Counted from the first letter of the stretch, positions 37,532-46,805 are shown. The stretch: DNA of 64,000 bases from an uncultured Flavobacteriaceae bacterium (GCA_964483585.1 CAZABH010000002.1:65380-129379), one strand, 5' to 3'. Numbers and translations are program-made. The notes: generated by a model not told the origin, from the letters alone.

Positions 37532-38266
37532 ATGAATAAGCAAGTCGACAGTTCCCTGGCAGTTATTCCTGCCAAGAAGCGTGAAGCCACCGGAACCGGG
37601 GCGGCTCGGGCGGTGCGACGCGAAGGTCTGGTGCCGGCAGTCATCTACGGCGAAGCAGGCAAGTCCCGCCATATCAGCATCGCCTATCGCGACATGGAGA
37701 AGCCCTACCAGACGGGACGCTTTACCTCGACGCTGATCATTCTTGATGTCGAGGGCGAAAAGACCCGCGTGATTCCGCGAGAGGTGCAGCTTGATCCGGT
37801 TACCGACAGACCGATCCATGCGGATTTCCAGGCGCTGGTGCCGGGGTCGAGCATTCGTCTGTTCATTCCGGTTCACTTCAACAATCATGTGGACTCGCCG
37901 GGCTTGAAGCGCGGTGGCGTTCTGAACATCGTCCGGCACGAGATCGAGTTCTTCTGTCCTTCGGAAAACATTCCCCAGTTCATCGAAGTTGACCTGACGG
38001 GTATGGATATCGGGGACAGCTTGCATATTTCCGCGATCAAGCTGCCCGAGGGTCTGGTGCCCGTGATCAGGACCCGTGACTTCACCGTGGCCACGGTTGC
38101 TGCGCCGTCTGCGTTCCTTGAGGCCGAGGCAAAGGCGGCCACGGCTGACGCCGCCGCTCCTGCAGCTGGGGCTGCTGCGGCCCCTGCAGGCGGGAAGGCT
38201 GCGCCTGCGGCTGGTGGGAAGGCTGCGCCTGCCGCTGCTGCGAAGGCCGCTCCGGCCAAGAAGTAA
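37532..38266 (+). CDS. rplY: 50S ribosomal protein L25 / general stress protein Ctc
   Basis: ORF 37439..38266; the ATG at 37532 gives MNKQVDSSLAVIPAKKREATGTGAARAVRREGLVPAVIYG. Ala/Pro/Lys-rich C-terminal tail. Confidence 0.9.
   Translation: MNKQVDSSLAVIPAKKREATGTGAARAVRREGLVPAVIYGEAGKSRHISIAYRDMEKPYQTGRFTSTLIILDVEGEKTRVIPREVQLDPVTDRPIHADFQALVPGSSIRLFIPVHFNNHVDSPGLKRGGVLNIVRHEIEFFCPSENIPQFIEVDLTGMDIGDSLHISAIKLPEGLVPVIRTRDFTVATVAAPSAFLEAEAKAATADAAAPAAGAAAAPAGGKAAPAAGGKAAPAAAAKAAPAKK
38189..38236 (+). repeat. 2 x 24-nt tandem repeat inside the rplY tail (GGKAAPAA x2)
   Basis: ggcgggaaggctgcgcctgcggct / ggtgggaaggctgcgcctgccgct, 22 of 24 identical. Confidence 0.8.
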
Positions 38267-38294
38267 GCCGCTCCCGGGATTGCGGGACGGCATG

Positions 38295-38327
38295 CGGCTG
38301 CCAAGTGCATTGGCAGCCGTTTTTCTT
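38295..38327 (+). terminator. Rho-independent terminator after rplY
   Basis: CGGCTGCCAA-gtgca-TTGGCAGCCG followed by TTTTTCTTT. Confidence 0.65.
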
Positions 38328-38351
38328 TGAGACTTCGAGGTTGGGTCCGGC

Positions 38352-38966
38352 ATGCTGCTGTTCGTCGGTCTCGGGAATCCCGGGGACAGTTACAAGAATA
38401 ATCGTCACAATGTCGGCTTTATGGCCGTTGACGCGATTGCCGATGCGCATGGTTTTGGGCCTGTCCGGGCGCGGTTCCGGGGGCATCTGCGAGAGGGTGT
38501 GCTGAAGGGACCTGGCGGTACGGTCAAGGTACTCGTGCTGAAGCCCATGACCTACATGAACGAGAGTGGCGTGTCGGTGCAGGAGGCCGTGGCCTTTCAC
38601 AAGATCGGGCTTGACGATGTGTTCGTCGTCTATGACGAACTCGACCTTGCTCCGGGGAAGGTCCGGGTGAAGCGCGACGGCGGCAATGCGGGGCACAACG
38701 GGCTGCGTTCAATCTCGGCACATGTGGGCAATGCCTATTGGCGCATCCGTCTTGGCATCGGTCATCCGGGCGACAAGGCCCGGGTGCAGGGTCATGTGCT
38801 TGGGAATTTCACCGCTGACGAGCGGGCATGGCTTGGTCCGCTGCTGCAGGCGGTTGCGGAGGCCTCGCCGCTGCTGGCACACCATGATGAGGCAGGTTTC
38901 ATGAACCGCGTTACATTGCTCACGGGTTCTGCCGCGGGCCAGACACAATCGAAGAAGGAAGACTGA
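38352..38966 (+). CDS. pth: Peptidyl-tRNA hydrolase
   Basis: MLLFVGLGNPG..YKNNRHNVGF...NGLRSI. Confidence 0.9.
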   Translation: MLLFVGLGNPGDSYKNNRHNVGFMAVDAIADAHGFGPVRARFRGHLREGVLKGPGGTVKVLVLKPMTYMNESGVSVQEAVAFHKIGLDDVFVVYDELDLAPGKVRVKRDGGNAGHNGLRSISAHVGNAYWRIRLGIGHPGDKARVQGHVLGNFTADERAWLGPLLQAVAEASPLLAHHDEAGFMNRVTLLTGSAAGQTQSKKED

Positions 38967-38968
38967 AG

Positions 38969-40066
38969 ATGGGCTTCAAATGTGGTATTGTCGGATTGCC
39001 CAATGTTGGCAAGTCGACTTTGTTCAATGCGCTGACGCAGACGGCGGCTGCGCAGGCTGCGAACTATCCATTCTGCACCATCGAGCCCAATGTCGGTGAG
39101 GTGGCGGTTCCTGACCTTCGACTTGATGCGCTTGCGGGCATTGCCAAATCGGCTCAGATCATTCCAACGCGCCTGACTTTTGTCGATATCGCAGGCCTTG
39201 TTCGCGGGGCCTCAAAAGGTGAAGGTCTTGGGAATCAGTTCCTATCCCACATCCGTGAGGTCGATGCGGTGGCCTATGTGCTGCGCTGTTTCGATGATGG
39301 CGATGTGACCCATGTCGAGAACCGGATCGATCCGATAGCTGATGCCGAGACGGTCGAGACCGAGCTGATGCTCTCGGACCTTGATAGCCTTGAGCGGAGG
39401 CTTCCTGCCATTGAAAAGAAAGCCAAGCAGGGTGACAAGGATTCGAAGGTTCAGGCTGACGTGATGCAGGCAGCCCTCAGCATGCTGCGCGAAGGCAAGC
39501 CCGCGCGGCTTGTCAAGGTGTCCGACGAACAGAGGCCTGTGTTCGAGCAGCTGCAGCTGCTGACATCGAAGCCGGTCGTCTATGTTGCGAATGTTGATGA
39601 GGCTTCGGCGTTGGACGGGAACGATTACACGAAGCGTGTCGAGGCGCGCGCCAAGTCCGAGGGGGCAGCCTTTGTCATCATATCGGCGAAGATCGAGTCG
39701 GAGCTTGCGCAGCTGCCTGCCGAGGAGCGTGCCGATTTCCTCGCGACCCTAGGCCTTTCAGAGCCCGGTCTGAACCGGCTGATCCGAGCGGGTTATTCAC
39801 TGCTTCGGTTGATCACCTTCTTCACGGTCGGCCCGAAAGAGGCGCGGGCGTGGACGGTTCACGTCGGCGCGAAGGCGCCGCAGGCTGCGGGTGTCATCCA
39901 TACGGATTTCGAGCGGGGATTCATCCGGGCAGAGACGATCGCCTTTGACGACTATGTCGCCTGCCAGGGTGAGGCGGGTGCCCGGGATGCCGGCAAGCTG
40001 CGGCTCGAGGGCAAGGAGTATGTGGTGCGCGACGGGGATGTCATGCATTTCCGTTTCAACACCTGA
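38969..40066 (+). CDS. ychF: Redox-regulated ATPase YchF
   Basis: 365 aa. GIVGLPNVGKSTLFNA P-loop and a TGS-like C-terminus. Confidence 0.95.
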   Translation: MGFKCGIVGLPNVGKSTLFNALTQTAAAQAANYPFCTIEPNVGEVAVPDLRLDALAGIAKSAQIIPTRLTFVDIAGLVRGASKGEGLGNQFLSHIREVDAVAYVLRCFDDGDVTHVENRIDPIADAETVETELMLSDLDSLERRLPAIEKKAKQGDKDSKVQADVMQAALSMLREGKPARLVKVSDEQRPVFEQLQLLTSKPVVYVANVDEASALDGNDYTKRVEARAKSEGAAFVIISAKIESELAQLPAEERADFLATLGLSEPGLNRLIRAGYSLLRLITFFTVGPKEARAWTVHVGAKAPQAAGVIHTDFERGFIRAETIAFDDYVACQGEAGARDAGKLRLEGKEYVVRDGDVMHFRFNT

Positions 40067-40175
40067 TGTGTCTCGGGCGCTCCTCCTTGCGTGACTTCAT
40101 CGCCACAGCAGTTGGGGTGGGGCAAGGACTTTCGGTTCATTGGTTACGGTAATGCTGCTATCGTCGTTCTGCGGA

Positions 40176-41657
40176 ATGACGTTTGGGGCGGCTACCGTGA
40201 GGTTTGTTCTGATCTTTTCAGTTGGGTTGGCGTTGCTGGTTGCGGCTGCGGAGGGCTCGGCCGCGCCTGCGCGCTTGCCTTCGCCGCCTATCCTCAATGT
40301 GGAGCTCGAGAGCGCCGCTGCGGCGATCGACGAGGGGCGGCACGGCGATGCGCTTGCCCTTGTCGAGAAGGCGGGTGCCAGTCAGCTTGCGCAGCAGGAT
40401 GGCGATTGGGCGGCCTATCTGAAGGCGAGGGCGCTGCTTGCAACGGGGGCGCGGGAGCCTGCGCTTGCGATCGTGCGCGAGCGGCAGAGGCTGCATCCCA
40501 ATGGATATAATTGGGCTTCGGTCGTTTCGATCCTGAGTTCGTCGGGGGCGCATGAGGATGCAGCCCGATTGATACTGGCGCTGGACGATCGATCGTTCCT
40601 GCTTGCGAACAGGCTGAGGCGCGGCTTGATGGAAAGCATACTGAATGCGCTCGAGGCCAGTCAGTCTGCCCAGCGGGATGCGCTTGTCGCGCGGTTGGTT
40701 GAAGGCCGGTACACCGGTCCGTCGGGGACGCAGGTGCCAGACATGATCCGGTTGCGCTACATCGGCCTCCTGCTGCGCCAGAACAGGCCCGAGGCGGCCG
40801 CGCGTGAGACGGCATGGCTTGAGTCACCGGTCGCGCTCAGTCTGCTGCTTGCCGACCGAACATTCTCGGCACTCTGGAGCTATCCGGCGGTTCGTGCCGT
40901 CGAAAGACCGGCTGCACTTGTTGCAAGGGTCGAGCGCGGGATCCATGCTCGGCTCGAGCAATCACACATGCACGCCTCCGATTGGCTGGAGACGCTGCGA
41001 TCACTGCGTGCGATCGGTCGACCAGACGAGGCCGTGCGCTTTGGGCTGAAGGCGATTGAGGACGCGCGCAGCGGGCGCGCAGCGGCGAGTGCCTCGCTTC
41101 GGCTTGAGGTGGGTCACGCCTATGCCGACATGGGCGAGGCGTGGGCTGCGCGGCGAACTGCCAAGGAGATGCTGAAGGAGCAGGCAGTCCTGCCACTGGC
41201 CTTGCGGATCGCCATTGCTGATCTTCTGGAGCGCAGCGAAGATGATGAGGGGGGCCTGCTCATGCTGGGGACGATCCAGGGTGTAGACGTGCTTCCTGGG
41301 GCGCTGAAGGTGGTTGTATGTGCTGCGCATGACCTGGGTCGCTTCGAGCGGCGTGATGCTGCGCTGCTGCAGCTGGAGGCGCTGGGCGCGCAAGTTGAGC
41401 TATTGCATGCCCGCCTCTGTGCAGGGCGGCAGGAGTTGGCACGAGACCAGCTGGTGTCGATGCTTCTGCTCCCGGAGCTGCGCGCCACTGCGATCCTGAT
41501 GGCACAGTTGTTCGAGGACGGCTCGAAGCCCGGTACGGATGTTCGTGACGACAGCTACAGGCTGCGTGCGCTTGTGGCCAGCGCGGCGGTTCAAGACGCC
41601 ATGCTGCAGCATGGGCGAACGCTTCCGCTGCCCTTTGTTCCAGTGCTGCCGCGCTAG
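40176..41657 (+). CDS. Secreted all-alpha (TPR-like?) hypothetical protein
   Basis: ORF 40140..41657 (TTG). ATG at 40176 gives the signal-like MTFGAATVRFVLIFSVGLALLVAAAEG. The rest is Ala/Leu/Arg-rich and helical. No family recognised; start uncertain. Confidence 0.4.
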   Translation: MTFGAATVRFVLIFSVGLALLVAAAEGSAAPARLPSPPILNVELESAAAAIDEGRHGDALALVEKAGASQLAQQDGDWAAYLKARALLATGAREPALAIVRERQRLHPNGYNWASVVSILSSSGAHEDAARLILALDDRSFLLANRLRRGLMESILNALEASQSAQRDALVARLVEGRYTGPSGTQVPDMIRLRYIGLLLRQNRPEAAARETAWLESPVALSLLLADRTFSALWSYPAVRAVERPAALVARVERGIHARLEQSHMHASDWLETLRSLRAIGRPDEAVRFGLKAIEDARSGRAAASASLRLEVGHAYADMGEAWAARRTAKEMLKEQAVLPLALRIAIADLLERSEDDEGGLLMLGTIQGVDVLPGALKVVVCAAHDLGRFERRDAALLQLEALGAQVELLHARLCAGRQELARDQLVSMLLLPELRATAILMAQLFEDGSKPGTDVRDDSYRLRALVASAAVQDAMLQHGRTLPLPFVPVLPR

Positions 41658-41674
41658 GTTCTGGGTGTATCCGG

Positions 41675-42082
41675 TCAGCCTTCCTTCCTGAACCATTGAT
41701 CCAGGGACAGTGTGCCACCACCCTGGCCTGCGAAGGCGAGGAGGCCGCCGGAGAGTGCGATGTTCTTCATAAACATGATCATTTGAACCGTGCGTTCTTG
41801 TCCTTCGAAGGTCCAGAAGGCATGCAGCAAAATTGATACGGTGACGGTGAAGACCACGAGCAGTATGGAAACGAGTTGTACGTGAAGGCCGAGGATCAGG
41901 CACAGGCCCGCCGTGGTCTCGCAGGCGGCGGTGAGCGTGAACATCAGCTCGGGCCAAGGTACGCCGTTCGCCGTCATGTGCGCGATCTGCTCGGCGGGTG
42001 CGGGGTTCATTATCTTCGATGTGCCGGCAGCCAGGAAGAAGAGACCAATGACAACGCGTCCAAGTGTTGCAAGGTGCTGCAT
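41675..42082 (-). CDS. DoxX-family membrane protein
   Basis: ORF 41675..42151. ATG at 42082 gives MQHLATLGRVVIGLFFLAAGTSKI. Four TM helices, as in DoxX. Confidence 0.7.
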   Translation of the reverse strand: MQHLATLGRVVIGLFFLAAGTSKIMNPAPAEQIAHMTANGVPWPELMFTLTAACETTAGLCLILGLHVQLVSILLVVFTVTVSILLHAFWTFEGQERTVQMIMFMKNIALSGGLLAFAGQGGGTLSLDQWFRKEG

Positions 42083-42228
42083 GTGTTTCCCTCTTGAAGA
42101 TTTCAGGAGCGCTCGCCTTTCAGGCGAGGCGTCACCTTCGGTTTCGTGCATTGCGCGAAATCACGGCTTCGCATTTATTCGGGCAGGAATTTATGCTATT
42201 TTCCTGACAATTATCCAAGGGGCAAGCG

Positions 42229-42456
42229 ATGAGCGGAAACCAGAAGGTTTTGAAAGCGATCAAGGAGACGATTTCCGACTATACGTCGAGGTCTCCCCTG
42301 CAGCTGGTGACTGCGCTCCGTGATCCGGCGCATGTTGCCAAGATGAAGAAGCTGGGTGTCGACGACGTTCAGATCCATCGCGTGATCCTGTATCTCCAGC
42401 AGCATCGTCCCGAACCGAAAGTGTTCGAGGCTTATCTGAAGTCTGCGCGGGTTTGA
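42229..42456 (+). CDS. Small hypothetical protein (75 aa)
   Basis: AAGGGG lies 6 nt upstream of the ATG. Basic, helical. No family recognised. Lies in an AT-richer stretch. Confidence 0.35.
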   Translation: MSGNQKVLKAIKETISDYTSRSPLQLVTALRDPAHVAKMKKLGVDDVQIHRVILYLQQHRPEPKVFEAYLKSARV

Positions 42457-42605
42457 GTCCAACGGCTGTTTGTGACACGAGAGACAGTTTCGTCATGTGT
42501 TTGCCAGAGGCTGCCCGGAGTTGAGCTGACCCGATAATTGCTCTTGAACATATAAGGAACATCTGCCCTGCCTTCAATGGAGCAAGGTGACGCGGGTGTC
42601 GTATG

Positions 42606-43394
42606 TCAGGCCGCGTCGCGATCCTGTCTCGGCGCGTAGTCGGGGTCGATCCTGTTCACGGCCTCGAGGAGGCAGGCGTGCACTTGCGTGATGCGCCCGC
42701 CTGCTTCGGCCCTGTCGAGGCTGCGGATCAGGCCTTCGAGGAAGTTGGTTGCGTCGCTCGTGAGTTCGCCGTGGGCTGCCGACAGGTCCGGGTACTGACG
42801 AAGTCGATCGGTGATCTGGTTCGCGCATGTGTGGACATGGGCCTCGTCCAGGTAGGGGGCGCTGATTGCGTGGACCGCGTAGTTGAGCAAGTCGCGCGTT
42901 AGACGCAGGGCGTTCAACCAGTCACCTGCGCGCACCTTCGCATCAACCGCGGCATTCAGAATGATCAGGTGGCTGATGAGTGATGTCTGCGCGATCTTCG
43001 CGCTGGTTGCTGCATTCTTCTCGAGGTCGTTGGCGACGGGTTCCCACGTCCTGATTTGTGTTTGTGCGAGCCGTGCATGCACGCGCTCTTCGGTCTCGTT
43101 GAGGTGTACCCAGAGGCGATAGGTTCCCCAGGCTGCGAGCAGCAAGAGCGCTGCGAGCGCGATGTTGATCCATATGGAGACGGGAAGGCTTGTCACCGAC
43201 GCGGTGAAGCCATTGAGCAACTGAATAAATGCGTCCACGTTTGGACCCCCTCGAGCGGTGGCAAACCCCCCTGCCACCTCGCGATCATCGTAAATCGGAA
43301 TTGCCTGCAATGCCAGCGTGCGATGAAGACGTGTTGCACGCACACGTGAGGAGATGAGTCGTGTTTTCACGATTCTCCCGGATGGAGAAATCAT
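42606..43394 (-). CDS. Single-pass membrane hypothetical protein
   Basis: One TM helix (VSIWINIALAALLLLAAWGTYRLWV) then about 170 aa of helical domain. The alternative GTG start at 43238, preceded by GAGGGGG, is at least as plausible. Confidence 0.4.
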   Translation of the reverse strand: MISPSGRIVKTRLISSRVRATRLHRTLALQAIPIYDDREVAGGFATARGGPNVDAFIQLLNGFTASVTSLPVSIWINIALAALLLLAAWGTYRLWVHLNETEERVHARLAQTQIRTWEPVANDLEKNAATSAKIAQTSLISHLIILNAAVDAKVRAGDWLNALRLTRDLLNYAVHAISAPYLDEAHVHTCANQITDRLRQYPDLSAAHGELTSDATNFLEGLIRSLDRAEAGGRITQVHACLLEAVNRIDPDYAPRQDRDAA

Positions 43395-43618
43395 GTATCT
43401 ATGGGGGTAACTCGATATAGGTAATTAACCTTGTAAGCGCATGTATTCCTGACGAAAATCAGCTCTGTCAATTTGTCCTTGTTTAGTCTCCAGTTACTTC
43501 TTTACTTGTCTTGATTTCGCGTGGGATTGTCCGCCGTCTTTGGCCTGCCACAAGAGCAACGACAACACGCTGGCGGGACAGCGCACACACTTCACATCCC
43601 TGGGTAATGGAGGCTTGA

Positions 43619-44515
43619 ATGAACTGGAAAGTTGCCGGAATGACCGGCACTGCACTTCTGACCATCGCACTGTCCGGCGTGGGCGCCGTCGCAGGTGCGA
43701 ACAAGTTTAGCGGCAATATCAGCCTTGGCGTCGGCCAGACGTTCCAGGATGATTCCTGGCTTGGCCTGACTGGCAGCAATGACGATTCCTTTGCGTCGTT
43801 GCATGGCGATGCGAAGCTGAACGTTGCCTTCTCGAGCAATATCAACCTGCAGATCGACCTCGGCGGTGTGGCCTCTTTCGCAGACACCTCGAACCCGATC
43901 TTCGATCTTGACCGCGACGCGGGCGTTCAGGCTGCTGCGCACCTTTATTATCGCACTGGTCAGTTCGCCGCTGGCGTTGTCGGCGGCGTGGGCGTTGCTT
44001 CGGGTGTCCTCGGATCTCCGGAGTACTATTTCGTTGGGGCTGAAGGCCAGTATTATTGGAATGACTTCACCTTTGGTTTGAATGCAGGCTATCTCGATTC
44101 CAGCGCTGACTTCGGCGCAGGTCCCGATGACGTGTTCCTCAACAGCGCCTGGTATGTCGGTGGCGAAGTGCGTTACTACGCGAACGACAAGACCACGTTC
44201 TCGGCCAATCTGGGCTATATCGAGGGTGAGGCTGACGTCGGCGCCTATGACGTCGAAGTGCTGCACTGGGGTGCGAAGGTCGAGTACCGTCCGGACGTGA
44301 AGGAGCCGTTGAGCCTCTGGGTTGCCTATGAAGGTCGCACGTCCGATGCGACGGAAACGTTTGGCGCTTCGCCCGAGTCCTTCGATCGTGAATCGCACAC
44401 GATCAAGGTCGGCGTGACGTTCTCGTTCGGCGTCGATGGCTCGAAGATGGAGCAGGACCGTTCGGGTCCGGCGTTCAACCAGATGGACTACGGCGCCATC
44501 GTGGTTGGCGGCTAA
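43619..44515 (+). CDS. Outer-membrane beta-barrel (porin-like) protein
   Basis: Signal peptide (...AVAGA-NK). Alternating Gly/aromatic beta-strand pattern. The beta-signal-like HTIKVGVTFSF is followed by an unusual extension of about 30 aa. GGAGG RBS. Confidence 0.55.
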   Translation: MNWKVAGMTGTALLTIALSGVGAVAGANKFSGNISLGVGQTFQDDSWLGLTGSNDDSFASLHGDAKLNVAFSSNINLQIDLGGVASFADTSNPIFDLDRDAGVQAAAHLYYRTGQFAAGVVGGVGVASGVLGSPEYYFVGAEGQYYWNDFTFGLNAGYLDSSADFGAGPDDVFLNSAWYVGGEVRYYANDKTTFSANLGYIEGEADVGAYDVEVLHWGAKVEYRPDVKEPLSLWVAYEGRTSDATETFGASPESFDRESHTIKVGVTFSFGVDGSKMEQDRSGPAFNQMDYGAIVVGG

Positions 44516-44540
44516 GATCTACCGCATCATTAGACTTCAG

Positions 44541-44572
44541 GCGGGCGCCCCTTGGGGCGCCCGTTTCATTTT
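44541..44572 (+). terminator. Rho-independent terminator after the beta-barrel gene
   Basis: GCGGGCGCC-ccttgg-GGCGCCCG followed by TTTCATTTT. Confidence 0.6.
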
Positions 44573-45132
44573 CAGGGGGCAGGGGTCGAGGCGTCGAATT
44601 CCACACGGAAGAAGCGGTTCGCACGGCGCAGTTCGTAGGCGAAAAGCGTTCCGGGGACCGCTTCGACGGCCCAGACATTGGTCACGGAGCGTTCAAGCTT
44701 GTTTGCCATGAACAGTTCCTTCGAGAAGGCGTCCGCCGGGAATTCCTGTCGTGTGGCAGAGCCTGGGTTGGCGGTGTCGCCGCCATAACGCGAGACGGTA
44801 TCCTCGTGGCCGTCAGCGTGGCGATGCACGTGCTTCAGTCGCACGCCTTCGGCGGTGCGGGTGATGACCCAGGTGCGTGAGCGATCGTCGCCGACCGCGA
44901 AGGGGATGCGGACCTCTGATGGCGCGCAATCGACCGGGCCCATGACGAGGCGCTTGCCGGCGAAGTCCTTGTCGGCGGGATCCGTCGTTGCGAGCTTGCC
45001 TTCAAAGGTCTGGGCGCACATCGACTTCAGGTTCGCCATGAACGCGTCCTGCGGATTTGTGGGCTGGTCCAGCGTTGTGCAGCCGACCGTGGCAAGGAAG
45101 CAGGCTGTGGTGAGGCATGCGCGCGCGTTCAT
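44572..45132 (-). CDS. Lipoprotein, unknown function
   Basis: Lipobox FLATVG-C, 186 aa. Conserved-looking core RIPFAVGDDRSRTWVITRTAEGVRLKHVHRHADGHED. No family name recalled. Confidence 0.5.
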   Translation of the reverse strand: MNARACLTTACFLATVGCTTLDQPTNPQDAFMANLKSMCAQTFEGKLATTDPADKDFAGKRLVMGPVDCAPSEVRIPFAVGDDRSRTWVITRTAEGVRLKHVHRHADGHEDTVSRYGGDTANPGSATRQEFPADAFSKELFMANKLERSVTNVWAVEAVPGTLFAYELRRANRFFRVEFDASTPAP

Positions 45133-45293
45133 TGTTAATCCCCTTGTCCGTTGCGTTGATCGGTCCTATGGCATGGTTGACCGTCATGCAAGTCGTCTTG
45201 CGCCGGTTCATCGCCTTCAATTGAAGTTGGCGTTCCGTTAGGATCGACGGCGCAAGCGAGTGATTGGCGTGCTGGATCGAGGAGATGGGCGAG

Positions 45294-45821
45294 ATGTCTG
45301 ACGAGGGGTTGGTGCCGGAGCGAACCTGTGGGTCGTGTATCGCTTGCTGTGTGATACCGCGGATTGAAGCTCCGAGCTTTACCAAAGAAGCGGGGGTGAT
45401 GTGCGTCCACTGTTCGGGGCAGGACTGTTCCATATACGAGGAGCGTCCCAATCCGTGCCGCACGTTCTATTGTCTCTGGCGTCGTGTTGGCACGATGCCA
45501 GATTCCCTGAGGCCCGACCGAACGGGGGTCATGTTCACGATCGAGCGCCTCGCTCAGCCGACGAACCCCTTCGAGCGTGAATTCGTGATTGCCCGCGCGC
45601 TGAACTCGATCGCTGATCTCGATGGGTCGGAGGTGCGTGGGGCGCTGCGCGTGTTCATGGAGCAGGGTGATTTGCCGGTGTGGCTGAGTTTCCGTCAGGA
45701 GCGTCGGTTGTTTCATCCGCGACCCGAGTTGCGGGATGCCATCCTGAGCTCTGCAGCGCCGCCCGAGGCGCTGGCGGCGGAAGTTGTGCTGTGGCGCAAG
45801 CGCCTAGGTTTGACCCATTGA
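45294..45821 (+). CDS. YkgJ-family cysteine-cluster protein (UPF0153, CxxCxxCC)
   Basis: CGSCIACC motif plus later Cys residues (CVHCSGQDC, CRTFYC). ORF 45264 (TTG); ATG at 45294 lies 9 nt after GAGGAG. Confidence 0.6.
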   Translation: MSDEGLVPERTCGSCIACCVIPRIEAPSFTKEAGVMCVHCSGQDCSIYEERPNPCRTFYCLWRRVGTMPDSLRPDRTGVMFTIERLAQPTNPFEREFVIARALNSIADLDGSEVRGALRVFMEQGDLPVWLSFRQERRLFHPRPELRDAILSSAAPPEALAAEVVLWRKRLGLTH

Positions 45822-46028
45822 GCTGAGCGCCATGTTTTCGCCTGTCGCAAGAAAAACCAGCTTTTCGGCTGTTTTAGAGTGGCGGGTCTGTGTGGCTGGC
45901 GTGCCACTGGGCGTTACTTTGGTGTTCCGAGGTACATAAACCTGTTGGTTTATGACGTTTTTTCGACTTCTAATGATGGAGAAGACCGCCTCAGAAGACG
46001 GCTCTCGGTCACGTAGGGGAATTGAATC

Positions 46029-46772
46029 ATGAAGAAAGCTCTTTTTGCGGTGGGGTGCATGGTTGCCGCCAGCGCGTCGCCTGTTGCTTATGCCGATGGC
46101 GAGGCTGCCTCGGAATCGGCCAGCCCAATCTCGCTCACGCTGTCTGTGACCTCTGACTACCGCTTCCGCGGCCAGAGCCAGAACTCTCGCAGCCCGGCCG
46201 CCCAGGCTTCGCTCGATTACTCGACGGACCTCGGCATCGATGTCGGCGTGTGGGTCTCGAATGTTGATTTCAGCGACACCGGCGATACTGACACCTACAT
46301 GGAGGCGGACTTCTACGCCAGCTATGGTTTCTCGCTTGATGACGCCACTTCGGGTTCGGTGAAGGTCACGTATTACTATTATCCGGAAAGCCCGTTCAGC
46401 TATGATTATCTCGAAGGCCAGCTTGCGCTGAGCCACACGATGAACGACATCACGCTGAATGCGGAGCTGAACTACAGCCCCGATTACTTCCTCGAGACGG
46501 GAACGGCAGTTGCGGCCTCGGTTGGTTTTGCTTACCCGCTCATGGACAAGTTCACGCTGAGCGGCAATGTCGGTCATCAGTGGATCGACGACAACGCCCT
46601 GTTCGGCACGGATGACTGGCTGTACTGGGACCTGGGCGTGGGCATCGAGCTCGGTCGCCTGAACCTTGATGTTCGCTATGTCGGCACGAACCTGAACGAG
46701 ACCGAGTGCTTCGGTGGCACGAACCTTTGCGAAGGCGGCGTCGTGCTCTCGGCGAGCTTCTCGATCCCGTAA
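46029..46772 (+). CDS. TorF-family (TIGR02001-type) putative outer-membrane porin
   Basis: Signal peptide ...PVAYA-DG. LTLSVTSDYRFRGQSQ and SLDYS...GVWVSNVDF match the Gcw_chp/TorF pattern. C-terminal LSASFSIP. Confidence 0.65.
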   Translation: MKKALFAVGCMVAASASPVAYADGEAASESASPISLTLSVTSDYRFRGQSQNSRSPAAQASLDYSTDLGIDVGVWVSNVDFSDTGDTDTYMEADFYASYGFSLDDATSGSVKVTYYYYPESPFSYDYLEGQLALSHTMNDITLNAELNYSPDYFLETGTAVAASVGFAYPLMDKFTLSGNVGHQWIDDNALFGTDDWLYWDLGVGIELGRLNLDVRYVGTNLNETECFGGTNLCEGGVVLSASFSIP

Positions 46773-46805
46773 GACGTTTCGGGACTTAGCTCTTAGCTTT
46801 GTCAG

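Noticed and set aside
36372-38353. 350-aa and 315-aa minus-strand ORFs
   Set aside because: They are antisense to prs and rplY and show shadow-frame composition.
45215-45226. Perfect 12-bp palindrome CTTCAATTGAAG in the lipoprotein/YkgJ divergent region
   Set aside because: About a dozen perfect 12-bp palindromes are expected by chance in 64 kb, and it matches no regulator consensus I know.
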